DNA of 64,000 bases from a virus. Where the stretch lies: positions 68,238-132,237 of IMG/VR virus record IMGVR_UViG_3300029194_000001; one strand, 5' to 3'. The stretch's first letter is position 1, and each line of letters begins with the position of its first letter. The notes beneath the pieces were generated by a model. The model worked only from the letters and a program-made list of their open reading frames with translations. It made no database searches and was not told the DNA's origin. Below, piece after piece: positions 10,296-20,853 of this stretch. The position numbers and the translations under genes were made by a program.

Positions 10296-13200
10296 TATAC
10301 TTTTGCCCCTTTCTTACGCATTTGCTCAAGCCACATATTATATGTTTTTATTTTTTCAACAAAAAAATGTTCTTCTCTTTTTCTTCCTAATATTGCAAGA
10401 CAGCTTCCTTTTTTTATATAGTCAGAATACTCTTTTAGCTGACTAGACCATATTGTCGCTTCAATAATTCCATATGGAGTATATAAATCAAGATATGCAA
10501 ACTGATTTCCATTTTTATCTTTTTTCCTTTTGACATCAACAATCACACAGAACAAAACTGTTTTGTCGCCATCCATTACAAGGTCCCAATCAATTTTAGT
10601 ATATTTATAAGCATCTTTTAACGGATCATTAGTTAAGAACATTGATAAAGTATCAAATTCCCATAGATATTCATCTTTAGCGTATTTTTCTTGAAAATCT
10701 TCCATATGCTTTTTATATTTTATGTTTTGTTCTTCTAAAAACTTTTTCTCTTTTACTTTATTATAGTCATTCAAAAGTTTTTCTTTGTTTACTTTTTTGC
10801 CATCTCTATAATCTTCTACGTTTAATCCAAATGGAATTAATTTAGAATATGGAGATGGAGTTGTTGTAACAGGTTTGTATTCTTTTCTAACAAACGTGGA
10901 ACCTGCATATTTTTTCAATGTTGACATCTTATTTTTAGTTGGAATACCGCCAGCTTTAATAAGGGTGATAATCGCTGTTTTGTCCTGCACTTTTTCGATG
11001 AAATCATTTAAATTCTTGTAAGGTCTAAAATGTATAATTTTGTCAACAATACTGTCACCAAGACCTTTTACTGCCAATAATCCAAACAAAATTTCATTGT
11101 TCTCTGCAATTGCAGTAAATGATTTGTTCGATTTATTTACATTTGGTGGAGAAACTTTTATTCCAAGACGTTTGCAATCATTTATTACAATACTAATTTT
11201 TTCTACTTTGTCTGATTTTGACGTAAGAAGCGCAGCCATAAAATAAACTGTATAGTGAACCTTTAGATATGCCGTAAGATAAGATAACAAACCATATGCC
11301 ACAGCATGACCACGATTAAAACAATACTCTGATTGTTTTAGCATTAGCTGCCATATTTCAGATAACTCATTTTCTGTCCAATTTTTCTTTTTCAATCCAG
11401 ATCTAAAGTCTTTTTCGAGACCAGCCATTTTATCTTTTAATTTTTTGCTTATTGCGCGCCTCGCATTGTCTATGTCTTCTTCTGGAAATCCTGCATATCT
11501 AAACAGTTGAAGAGCTTCTTCTTGGTAAAGTAAAACTCCTTGAGTTGTTATAAATAGCGTTTTTAAATCTTCATGTATTGTTTGTGCACTTTCCGGATGC
11601 AATTTATTTTGACAGTATATAGGAAAGCTATCTTTTGTACCAGGTCTATTAGCAGCGTTTACTACGATAATATCCTCTACATTGTCTGCTTTAGCTTCAA
11701 TACACATTCTCCTTGCTTCTGCAGATTCCATCTGGAATATGCCAACAGTGTGACCTGGTTTATAAACTTGATCGTAAACATTTTTGTCTGAAAGATTCAA
11801 ATGGTTGATATCTACATCTTCCCATGTAATTCCTGCCATATTTAACGTATCGTCAATAATATCAAGTGTTTCAAGTCCAAGGTAATCCATTTTAATCAAT
11901 CCAAGATCATCCATCGCATTATGCATCTCGAACTCAATCATAATGTTTCGTTCTTTATCATAACAAAGTGGCGCATAATCTGTTACAGGAGTTGGTGTAA
12001 TTAAAGTACCTGCGGCATGTCTTCCCATTGATTTCGGAAGTCCTTCTACATCCATTACATACTTGAACCATAATGGGAATTTGTTATATATCTCATCAAG
12101 CTTTGGATTTTTACTTAGAATGTCTTTTAGAAGAACATCTTTTTCTTCTTCCTCTCCAAGATCATTGAGTGTTTTGATTGTTGGAATCATTTTTGCAACA
12201 TCATCTCTTAATTTATAAGGGATTTGTTTATAATATGGAGAGTCTTCTTTTTCATCAAGAACCTTTCCAATATCTCTAATCGCAACTTTCGTACTTAAAG
12301 AATTGAATGTACAAATTGGTGCAACATTTTCTTTACCAAAAAGTTCTTCTGATATCTCAACCATTTCTTTTCGTCTACGCTTTGAAATATCCCAATCAAA
12401 ATCTGCCATAGACTTTCTTCCAAGATTGGCAAATCGCGAAAAGTCAAGTCCCCATCTTACACTATCAATCTGTGTGACGTTAAGCATGAATAAACATAAG
12501 CAATTGGCACCAGACCCACGAGAATATCCTATAGGAATTTTTCGTCTTCTTGCTTCTTTTGCAAGCATATACAGCATAATAAAATAGTCTGTATAATCGA
12601 CTGCATATAAAACTGGCAGCTCTGTTTCAAGACGTTTTTTTCGTTCATCTTGATCCTCTTTTGACATATGACCAAATTTTTCTTTGAATGTTTTAAAAAC
12701 TAAATATCGTAGATATTCTTCGTGATTTTTATATGGACCATCAATTTTGACCTTCGGCATAATATTGCCTTTATTTAGCCCAATATCAATATCTTCAATA
12801 ATAGAAGAAATATTATTACTTTCTTGCAAACCTTTATCAATTACAGCTTTTGGGAACTGATAAGATAATTTCTGATATATTTCTAATTCTTTCTGAAGGT
12901 AACAATCAATATAACTTTCTCCAACTTCACGTCCTTCACCAATTTCTACAAACATTGCATGAGAGTCAATTAGAGAATCACTTAACATATGCGCATCTGT
13001 TGTAATAGTATATGGAAGATTATGTTCATTGGCGAAATCAAAGATAAGTTTATTTGCTTCTGCCTGTGCTTCTGTAGTATGTGACTGTAATTCACAAACA
13101 ACGTAATCAAAAATATCCTTAATGTCCTGGATAAATTGTTCTGCCTCTTTATATCTTCCATCAGTCAGATATCTGCTAAGTCTACCGGCTTGGCAAGCAG

Positions 13201-13612
13201 TTAAGCAAATAATGCCTTTGCCAAGATTGTTGTCTTTGATATATTTCATATCAATTCTTGGCTTTTTATATAAGCCTTCTGTTTTAGATACCGATGTTAT
13301 CTTTAGTAGATTTTTATAACCTTGCTGAGTCCTAGCAAGAAGCACCATGTGGTAGCGTGGTTGCTTATAATCTTTTGTATCAGCCTTCCACGTCATATCA
13401 TCTACTTCGTATATCTCGTTTCCGATTATTGGCTTTATTCCTTGCTTTTTGCACTCTTTCACAAAGTTTACAATATTTGACATTGAACCATGATCTGTTA
13501 TAGCCATTGCCTTCATTCCATTATCTTTTGCAAATTTTACTGCTTCTGGTACTTTTAAAATAGAATCAAGTAATGATCCTTGCGCAGTGTGCATATGTAA
13601 CGAACTGTACAT
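10295..13612 (-). CDS. dnaE: DNA polymerase III alpha subunit (PHP domain plus polymerase core; DnaE/PolC family)
   Basis: N-terminal PHP motif HMHTAQGSLLDS...AITDHGSM. Length 1105 aa. GIICLTACQAGRL region. Confidence 0.8.
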   Translation of the reverse strand: MYSSLHMHTAQGSLLDSILKVPEAVKFAKDNGMKAMAITDHGSMSNIVNFVKECKKQGIKPIIGNEIYEVDDMTWKADTKDYKQPRYHMVLLARTQQGYKNLLKITSVSKTEGLYKKPRIDMKYIKDNNLGKGIICLTACQAGRLSRYLTDGRYKEAEQFIQDIKDIFDYVVCELQSHTTEAQAEANKLIFDFANEHNLPYTITTDAHMLSDSLIDSHAMFVEIGEGREVGESYIDCYLQKELEIYQKLSYQFPKAVIDKGLQESNNISSIIEDIDIGLNKGNIMPKVKIDGPYKNHEEYLRYLVFKTFKEKFGHMSKEDQDERKKRLETELPVLYAVDYTDYFIMLYMLAKEARRRKIPIGYSRGSGANCLCLFMLNVTQIDSVRWGLDFSRFANLGRKSMADFDWDISKRRRKEMVEISEELFGKENVAPICTFNSLSTKVAIRDIGKVLDEKEDSPYYKQIPYKLRDDVAKMIPTIKTLNDLGEEEEKDVLLKDILSKNPKLDEIYNKFPLWFKYVMDVEGLPKSMGRHAAGTLITPTPVTDYAPLCYDKERNIMIEFEMHNAMDDLGLIKMDYLGLETLDIIDDTLNMAGITWEDVDINHLNLSDKNVYDQVYKPGHTVGIFQMESAEARRMCIEAKADNVEDIIVVNAANRPGTKDSFPIYCQNKLHPESAQTIHEDLKTLFITTQGVLLYQEEALQLFRYAGFPEEDIDNARRAISKKLKDKMAGLEKDFRSGLKKKNWTENELSEIWQLMLKQSEYCFNRGHAVAYGLLSYLTAYLKVHYTVYFMAALLTSKSDKVEKISIVINDCKRLGIKVSPPNVNKSNKSFTAIAENNEILFGLLAVKGLGDSIVDKIIHFRPYKNLNDFIEKVQDKTAIITLIKAGGIPTKNKMSTLKKYAGSTFVRKEYKPVTTTPSPYSKLIPFGLNVEDYRDGKKVNKEKLLNDYNKVKEKKFLEEQNIKYKKHMEDFQEKYAKDEYLWEFDTLSMFLTNDPLKDAYKYTKIDWDLVMDGDKTVLFCVIVDVKRKKDKNGNQFAYLDLYTPYGIIEATIWSSQLKEYSDYIKKGSCLAILGRKREEHFFVEKIKTYNMWLEQMRKKGAKV

Positions 13613-13616
13613 CTAG

Positions 13617-15449
13617 TCACCAACTTTCATTTTCGTCTTCATCGTTGTCTTCTATATCTTCGAAAGAAGTACTTAAAACATCTACGTCATCAATAACAAA
13701 CTGTAATGTTTTAATTCCTTGATACTCACTAATGCATGGATTTCCAACAATATTGATTTTTGCAACATTATCAAATGAATTTTTGAGCCAATCCATAACA
13801 GAATTATCATCTTTACATTTAAACTGTACAAACTTAATCTCACCAATTGTAAAGCAATAAGAATCTTCATTCTTGCCCTGAATGGTAATATCGTCTCTAT
13901 TTACTTCAATATCTGTAATAGCAATCATTGGTTCTTCAATGCCTTGTCCAATCAAGTCTGTAAATTTTGTCATTTCATAAATGATGCTTTCATTTACATC
14001 GTACTCTGGAATGATATAATCACATAAATAGACTTTAGTGAAATCTTCATCTTTTAATTCATCATTGAATATTTCTTTAGCTTTTTCTACGTTATCAACT
14101 GGGATTTCAATACCGAATGCAGATTTGTGCCCCTGGGCAAAATTGAATTGATTGTTAGACTCTACAAGATCTCTGAAACTTTCAATAGGACTATGGTTTA
14201 TATTTCGTCCACTACCACCAAATACAATGGTATTTGTTTTATAATCATAATGTTTCTTTAATAATAAACACGGTCTGTTGTACTTCTCAGCTACTTTGAT
14301 TGCACATACTCCTGTCATTCCACCATCAAGAAGTTCTGATACATCACACATGATTACTTTATCATTAGGATTTTCTCCAATCTGATCAAATATCATTGGT
14401 ACACTTTTTTCACGGCTCTTATCCTGTCTTGCTTTTGCATTCTTTGCAAGTCGTGCAGCTCTATCATAAATACTTTCCTGGATAACCTCTGCAGGTTTAT
14501 CTTTTGTGGCACGTTTCTTATATTCAAACCATGCATCCTGTTCAATGAAAGCTTTAAACATAAGTTCTTTTTCTTCCGGTGAACCGAAGCGAGTACATCC
14601 GTTTAAAATTGGTGTCACATAAAATTGGACATTATGTATATTCACCACTCCACCCATACTATATTCCTGGGTATTTATAAGTGCTTGGAAGAATTTATTA
14701 CTTATATTGTGTAATCCAACATCTACGAGATATTTTGTTTCAGGTGAACGCATATCCATTACATCTGAAATATTTGCTAAAGCAACCAAATCTAAAAAGT
14801 CATCTGCATATTCACACCATAAAAAATCATCTAATGCTTTTAAGAATTTATATACAATCCCAGCTCCACATAAGCTTTTATTTGTATAAAACTCACTCAT
14901 CTGATTATTTACGATTAATGCATATGGATTGTCTATTAAGTTTCCTTCTTTATCTTTTGCTTGTTCGTGATGATCTAAAATAAGAACATCAACTCCACGA
15001 TCTTTCAATGTTTTACATGCTTCTACATCATTTGTTCCTGCATCCGGAACAATCAGCAATTTTGTATCTTTATCAACAATTACATCATCATCTAATCCCT
15101 CAAGACCATGTGCTTTTGTTCTCTTGTGAAGGATATATCCAACAGGATAATCCTTATTTAATCTTTTAATATACGAATACTTCATTGCTGCACAACAATT
15201 TCCATCTACATCTTCGTCTATAAGAATCTGTATTTTATCGTTATTATCAAAATGACTTAAAAATAATTCAACAGCTTCACCGATATTATCAAGTAATCCA
15301 TAATCAAGCTCTGCAGAGTGATCTAATGATAAATACTCTTTTGGATTCTCAATATCTCTATTTTTCAGAAAATCAATCTGAATATTCTTTAAGTCATTAT
15401 ATTTATTTTCCGAATTTTTATATAACTTAAACTTCAACTTTCCAATCAC
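13617..15449 (-). CDS. recJ: RecJ-like DHH-family single-strand DNA exonuclease
   Basis: DHH motifs DEDVDGNCC, PDAGTND and VLILDHHE. Confidence 0.7.
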   Translation of the reverse strand: MIGKLKFKLYKNSENKYNDLKNIQIDFLKNRDIENPKEYLSLDHSAELDYGLLDNIGEAVELFLSHFDNNDKIQILIDEDVDGNCCAAMKYSYIKRLNKDYPVGYILHKRTKAHGLEGLDDDVIVDKDTKLLIVPDAGTNDVEACKTLKDRGVDVLILDHHEQAKDKEGNLIDNPYALIVNNQMSEFYTNKSLCGAGIVYKFLKALDDFLWCEYADDFLDLVALANISDVMDMRSPETKYLVDVGLHNISNKFFQALINTQEYSMGGVVNIHNVQFYVTPILNGCTRFGSPEEKELMFKAFIEQDAWFEYKKRATKDKPAEVIQESIYDRAARLAKNAKARQDKSREKSVPMIFDQIGENPNDKVIMCDVSELLDGGMTGVCAIKVAEKYNRPCLLLKKHYDYKTNTIVFGGSGRNINHSPIESFRDLVESNNQFNFAQGHKSAFGIEIPVDNVEKAKEIFNDELKDEDFTKVYLCDYIIPEYDVNESIIYEMTKFTDLIGQGIEEPMIAITDIEVNRDDITIQGKNEDSYCFTIGEIKFVQFKCKDDNSVMDWLKNSFDNVAKINIVGNPCISEYQGIKTLQFVIDDVDVLSTSFEDIEDNDEDENESW

Positions 15450-16483
15450 ATCCTATCTGTTAACGGATATACATTATTTCCCAATAAGTATTCCCATCTA
15501 TCTTTATTATCCGATGGAGATTCTTTCTCACCTGTTAACTGATTGTCTTTGTCGAACATATAATACGCTGGAATGCCATCTGGTAATCTATCCGAAATTC
15601 TCAGTATATCATCCAAAACAACATCTTTATCAAAACAAAATACAATCTTAACGCCAAGTCTAATCAGCATATCTAACTGATGTCTTGAAATATTCTTTCC
15701 TCCTGTAGATACTGCATTTTTATATCCATAGGACCATAGCTGCATTACACCTTTTTCTGATTCAACAACATATACGACTCCTAACCTTTTTATATATGGA
15801 AGCGTTTTATTCAATCCGAATAGAATTTTTGATTTTGCACATTTCTCTAAATACAAATATTTACATTCAGATTCATCAACCTCTTTTTGAAATAATCGAC
15901 CCTTCACTCCGACTAAATCGCCAATTTCTGAATATATTGGTATTGTTATTCTATTTGTTTCGGTATCATAGCCAATCTGAAATTCTTTCTGGGTTGAATA
16001 ACTAATTCCATCTTCATAAAATAAGTCATTCACGTAAGGTTTATAGTAGTCAAGTATTTCAACAGGTATTGGTTTTAATGGAACTTCTTTCTCATCAGTT
16101 TGCTCTGTAGACATTTCATTAACTAATTTCAATATCTTTAAACTCTCAGGTATATCTGATTCAAAGTCATGATAATAAGAAATTCCAACCTCTTGACATA
16201 TAAATTTCAGTCCTTCAGGAAATGATAGTTTTTCACAAAAGCAAACTAAATCAATAATATCAGTAGCTCTGTCAGTTTCAACCATTTGTCTCGTATAGTT
16301 TGTACATGATAAATTTTCTGTATTATATATTACGATTGCACCGGTATTATCACCGTCTGGATTTCCGCAGGTCCAATAATCTCCATGAAATTTAATATGA
16401 TGGCAGTGAATCGCATCAAGAATCTGTTCCACATAATTATTTTCTAATATATATTCCTTTAATTCTCTAGCATCCACTGCCAA
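15446..16483 (-). CDS. dnaG: DnaG-like DNA primase (zinc-binding N-terminus plus TOPRIM)
   Basis: N-terminal CHH..F..YWTCGNPDGDNTGAI matches a CHC2-type zinc finger. TOPRIM signature VVESEKGVMQ...FCFDKD. Confidence 0.65.
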   Translation of the reverse strand: MAVDARELKEYILENNYVEQILDAIHCHHIKFHGDYWTCGNPDGDNTGAIVIYNTENLSCTNYTRQMVETDRATDIIDLVCFCEKLSFPEGLKFICQEVGISYYHDFESDIPESLKILKLVNEMSTEQTDEKEVPLKPIPVEILDYYKPYVNDLFYEDGISYSTQKEFQIGYDTETNRITIPIYSEIGDLVGVKGRLFQKEVDESECKYLYLEKCAKSKILFGLNKTLPYIKRLGVVYVVESEKGVMQLWSYGYKNAVSTGGKNISRHQLDMLIRLGVKIVFCFDKDVVLDDILRISDRLPDGIPAYYMFDKDNQLTGEKESPSDNKDRWEYLLGNNVYPLTDRM

Positions 16484-16495
16484 TCACCTCACTAA

Positions 16496-18058
16496 TTATT
16501 TTTGTCTTTGTATCAACTGTCCAATATTTATCCAAGTATTGTAATCAAGATTAATTTCGAATAACATGATCTTGTCCTTACTTCCAGCTCTGTTTTTATC
16601 AATTTTAATTGCAAAATATTGCTTACCTAAATCCAAATCAGATATTGTAGGATCACCCCATCCAGGAGTGTCGCATATCATCTGATATTTGTGGTACTCA
16701 CTCTTTTCAATCATCTTTCCAAGAGTAAGCGTATCAGTAACATGCTTAATACCTTTACTAGATGCAATATTCATCGAACTCAATTGAAAAACATCTGTAA
16801 ACTTACTATCGTCAGATAATTGGAATACTGCAAATCCAAACATTTTAAGCTCTTTCGTAATCTCTTTTAATTTAGTTGCAATCTGTTTTAACTGCGCCCA
16901 ATCTTCTACTTGATAGTTTTTTAATGTATCATAACCATAATAGGTTACTTCATTTACAAGCTTCGCCTTACGTAATTCAAACTCAATACGTTCCATGGAG
17001 TAGTCGTCCTGGACATCTTTGTACAAAAGCTTACCTTTTGTATTCTCATCAATCCATTCTCCTACTTGAACGATTTTGTGATACTCATCTGAATCACGTT
17101 CAACTCTTTCTATGTACTCTTCTTCTGACTCTGTGTAAATGCCATTCTCATCTATATGCCTACGAATTATCTCACCGTTTCTATCTCTGTACGCACCCAA
17201 AACAATCTCACGTTCTGGCTTCTTGATCTTAATACCATGCAATTCTTGATATTCTTTATTATTTATTACAGTAACAATCATACAGTTTTTAAGGTCATCT
17301 TCGTCCATCTCATTAGACATAAGAAGAAAGTTTTCATGCTGTACCAAAGTCACATAAGCTGCTAATGCGATAAGTTTTCGAGATTTACCACCATTTGAGA
17401 TAAAGCCCTCAAAGTGCGTTTTACCCTCTCGCATTCCAAGAAAGAATTCGTTGTACATTGGCCAAGGATACGGAAGTCCAAAGTTTGGTTTCTTCAAATA
17501 CCTTTTAATCTGATCAGCATTACCTTTTGTAAGCTCTACTGCTTCTTCACCGGCATTGATTACAGTGTGAATCTTATCAGCTTTAGCTCTTATAACCCTG
17601 TAAATATCGTTGGCTGTCATTTTATCAAAATTCTTATGAGCAAGAATCTTATCGACAGGATAACCGTTTCTTCCGTATTCCCTAACAAGTGAATATTTCT
17701 TTACTGTATCAAAATAATTCTTAGTGTCATTCGGATCTGCCAAACGCATAAATTCACTAATTGTCTTCCAACCATGATATTTCTTATAATTACTCATTCG
17801 CTCGGCATCCTGTGACATAAATACATTTAGTTTTGTTTCATCAACTGTTTGGGAAAATTTAAGATAGTAAATTTCAAGACATTTATAAAAGAAATAGACC
17901 ACTTCATCAGAAAAGTCATATTTAGGTCTCATAAAATTACCATATGTAACATACAGGTCCGGAGATTTATACAATGCTCCAACGAACATAATCTCAGATT
18001 GTACATTGCATACATTATTAATTTCTTCCATCTGCCACTCCTTATCCAAAAATATCAT
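16496..18058 (-). CDS. DnaB-like replicative helicase
   Basis: The N-terminal EIMFVGALYKSPDLYVTYGNFMRPKYDFSDEVVYFFYKCLEIYY resembles the DnaB N-domain. Walker A-like NGGKSRKL. Gene sits next to the primase. Confidence 0.55.
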   Translation of the reverse strand: MIFLDKEWQMEEINNVCNVQSEIMFVGALYKSPDLYVTYGNFMRPKYDFSDEVVYFFYKCLEIYYLKFSQTVDETKLNVFMSQDAERMSNYKKYHGWKTISEFMRLADPNDTKNYFDTVKKYSLVREYGRNGYPVDKILAHKNFDKMTANDIYRVIRAKADKIHTVINAGEEAVELTKGNADQIKRYLKKPNFGLPYPWPMYNEFFLGMREGKTHFEGFISNGGKSRKLIALAAYVTLVQHENFLLMSNEMDEDDLKNCMIVTVINNKEYQELHGIKIKKPEREIVLGAYRDRNGEIIRRHIDENGIYTESEEEYIERVERDSDEYHKIVQVGEWIDENTKGKLLYKDVQDDYSMERIEFELRKAKLVNEVTYYGYDTLKNYQVEDWAQLKQIATKLKEITKELKMFGFAVFQLSDDSKFTDVFQLSSMNIASSKGIKHVTDTLTLGKMIEKSEYHKYQMICDTPGWGDPTISDLDLGKQYFAIKIDKNRAGSKDKIMLFEINLDYNTWINIGQLIQRQK

Positions 18059-18884
18059 TTAGTAAATCGTCCAAGGAGTCATCACTATTATTATTTGTTT
18101 CAATTGTTTTTGGCTGTGGAGCAGTTGTTAATATTAATTTTTCATCAGTTTTATCTGATTGAGCTTCTGCCTCTAAGATTTTCTGTTTCTCAAGGAACTT
18201 CAGATAAGAATCATATTTGTTATATAAGACTTTTAAATCATATTTAACTCTTGATACACCTGTTATCTCCTTACCTTTAGCAATATTCTGTGCATTAATT
18301 TTATCCAGATAAGATTGTTTACGCACAAACATATCATATAAGTGCTCTGGTGGAATTTTGACACCATATCTACCATCATATAGTGCTGCTATAGAATCCC
18401 ATGGAACTGTATGAATATCATATTGTTTTCGTATATAATCATTAACAAGCTTTTCGTCAAAGATTCTATCTACCTCTTTAACGGCTGCCATCTTATATTC
18501 ATTTAACTTTGTAATATCCTTTTTTCTTCCATTAAAAACACCTACAATCTTTACATACGCATCTTCTTTGTACTCTGGAATATTTTCCATAAATATTGGT
18601 TTATCTGAATATTTTTTTTTAAAACAATCTTCATGCCAATATTTATTTTTAAATACAAGAATATCTTCCTGATCTGCATCCTCAATAATAATATCTTTTG
18701 AGCAGCCACCACATTTTCTGTGGAATCCTGCAGACTCTTTAAAGCACTTTTCGTGATAGAAAAGTCCATCAAAGAATACTACATTTTCCACAGATTTATT
18801 TCTTTCAAAATGAATGTGGCGTTGGCAACAATGACAAACTCTATCAAATTCATTAACTAAATTATCATTCTTTGCTCGTGCCAT
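18042..18884 (-). CDS. zinc-finger protein, function unknown
   Basis: CHCCQRH...HEKCF and CGGCSK...HEDCF cysteine/histidine clusters. Confidence 0.45.
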   Translation of the reverse strand: MARAKNDNLVNEFDRVCHCCQRHIHFERNKSVENVVFFDGLFYHEKCFKESAGFHRKCGGCSKDIIIEDADQEDILVFKNKYWHEDCFKKKYSDKPIFMENIPEYKEDAYVKIVGVFNGRKKDITKLNEYKMAAVKEVDRIFDEKLVNDYIRKQYDIHTVPWDSIAALYDGRYGVKIPPEHLYDMFVRKQSYLDKINAQNIAKGKEITGVSRVKYDLKVLYNKYDSYLKFLEKQKILEAEAQSDKTDEKLILTTAPQPKTIETNNNSDDSLDDLLNDIFG

Positions 18885-18895
18885 AATTTATCCAA

Positions 18896-20068
18896 TCAAT
18901 TTTTCATTGTTTCAATAACTTCCTGTAAAACAGAAATATCATTTACATTCTTGTATGCAGTTGGTAAACCTTTTGCTTCAAGTTTTTCTTTAAGGGATTT
19001 TTTTGCGACTGGAGAAAGAGAATTTTTAATAGATACGATTTCTTTACGAAGATCATCTGGTGTTGGTGATGTGGAAGTGGATGTGTCGGATGTTGTTATA
19101 TTCTCTGTGACAGGATCACCAACCTTTCCAAGAACTTCCTTAGCATATAGATCCTGCTCAACTTCGACTGCCTTTACAAGATCATTTTTTAGTACAAAGT
19201 CTTCTTTATCTTTAGTCCTTTCAAGTGCAACCTGCCAATCAAGTAATGATGGGTCCTCAATAATTTCACCTTTTTTATGTACATGAGTACGGTCTTTTTC
19301 AACCTTTGCACAAATCTGTCCAGTCTCTTCATCAAAGAATGTTCTTAATACAGTGTTTGTATTATAATCAAGTCCTTTAAACCCATCTGGGATTTTTTTA
19401 CCTGTTGCAACAGACTGAAACTGTCCATCCTCTGTTTTTACACTGATTTTTTCATCAGCTTCTCGGCAAGTTGTGATGCAATTAACTCCAGAAGACATTA
19501 AATCAAGAATAAGATCCTGTCCTTTAAATTTAATAGTGTTCCAGTCTTTTATCTCTAATGAAGCGCCTTCAATCTTAACAAGTCGTTCATCCCCTAATAG
19601 CCCAGCTTTATCAGCTTTTACTTTGTTACGTTTCTTAGAAAATTCTACCAGCCCAGATTGTGTTGTTAAGTTTAAGATTGTTGCACCATCTACAATAATT
19701 GCATCCGCCCTAAAAGGTTCACCGTATGCATCTTTTACAACTTCATCTGTTTCAACTCCATCATCATCAAGTTCGTAAATATCTTCGTTATTTTTTACTT
19801 TTGCAATATACTGTCTTACTTCTGTAAGTGACTGAGTATATAAGATATAAATATTATCAAGGTTAATTCCTGCTGCTTCCATATCATCTAAATAACTATC
19901 AAGTCCACCAGATTCTGCATCAATGTATAATACTCTGAATGGAGTACCATCTTCACGCTTATAATAGGCAATCTGTGATGCTAATGTTGTTTTGCCTGTG
20001 AAAGTATCTCCATAGATAATCATGTTAAGTTTTGTTTTTGCCTGTTTTGCTTTTCTACCTTTTGCCAT
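18896..20068 (-). CDS. RecA-superfamily ATPase (AAA_24/Sak4-like) with a low-complexity Ser/Thr/Pro-rich C-terminal half
   Basis: Walker A IYGDTFTGKTTLA, Walker B IIVDGATIL. Located in the replication/recombination block. Confidence 0.45.
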   Translation of the reverse strand: MAKGRKAKQAKTKLNMIIYGDTFTGKTTLASQIAYYKREDGTPFRVLYIDAESGGLDSYLDDMEAAGINLDNIYILYTQSLTEVRQYIAKVKNNEDIYELDDDGVETDEVVKDAYGEPFRADAIIVDGATILNLTTQSGLVEFSKKRNKVKADKAGLLGDERLVKIEGASLEIKDWNTIKFKGQDLILDLMSSGVNCITTCREADEKISVKTEDGQFQSVATGKKIPDGFKGLDYNTNTVLRTFFDEETGQICAKVEKDRTHVHKKGEIIEDPSLLDWQVALERTKDKEDFVLKNDLVKAVEVEQDLYAKEVLGKVGDPVTENITTSDTSTSTSPTPDDLRKEIVSIKNSLSPVAKKSLKEKLEAKGLPTAYKNVNDISVLQEVIETMKN

Positions 20069-20082
20069 TTAATATATGCTCC

Positions 20083-20841
20083 TTAATCTGTAATTTCAAT
20101 TCTGTAATTTACAATTGCTTCATAAACTTTTTGTGGAATTATATTCTTATAAGAATCTGCAACTTCTTTAATATATTTTTCTTTTTCTTTTTTGTAAGTT
20201 GCAAATGCAAGATTTGAATCAGTAAAAAGACCTAAATACTTAACTCCGGTTGATGTAGATAAAACTGATGCATATTTTCCATCGCTTGTATGCTTTTGAA
20301 CTCCAATAGGCAGATCTCCGCGTCTTGCGTATTCTTTGATAAACAACAAATTTATTCGTTGCGGAACTAATATGCATGTGTCTGATGAGTATATTTTATT
20401 TCCATGAATCAAAATATCTTTATCAACGCATAGCGGTTCATTATTGCAAGAATATTCATTCTCGCAATACCATTTTGCAAAATTTTGAAAGTTCATCCAT
20501 TCATTACAGACTTCGCATTCAACGTATGATTCAGTGCTTTTATCTGCCATCGGATTTGTGCACCTTTGCAACATAGCCCTCCATTTTGCATAAGCGACTT
20601 TATGGTCTTTAGAGCTGTAATCACCTATACCTATAAAGCCAAGTCCATCTTTACTTCTACACTCATATGGATTGGTAAGTTGACCTCTTTGAAAATTTCC
20701 ATAACTTGTCCAATACCGATACTTATACTTATCATCAAATTCCACTAAAATTTTATGAGTATTCACATATTCAATAATCGTGGCTTTGGTGCCATTTTTT
20801 GTATATGACACCTCGCCAACTCTATTCTGAAAATCACTCAT
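20083..20841 (-). CDS. HNH-like (AP2/HNH) free-standing homing endonuclease
   Basis: KVAYAKWRAMLQRCTNP...CEVCNEWMNFQNF and CVDKDILIHGNKIYSSDTCILVPQRIN, which resemble phage HNH_3-type endonucleases. Confidence 0.5.
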   Translation of the reverse strand: MSDFQNRVGEVSYTKNGTKATIIEYVNTHKILVEFDDKYKYRYWTSYGNFQRGQLTNPYECRSKDGLGFIGIGDYSSKDHKVAYAKWRAMLQRCTNPMADKSTESYVECEVCNEWMNFQNFAKWYCENEYSCNNEPLCVDKDILIHGNKIYSSDTCILVPQRINLLFIKEYARRGDLPIGVQKHTSDGKYASVLSTSTGVKYLGLFTDSNLAFATYKKEKEKYIKEVADSYKNIIPQKVYEAIVNYRIEITD

Positions 20842-20853
20842 TTACATCAACTC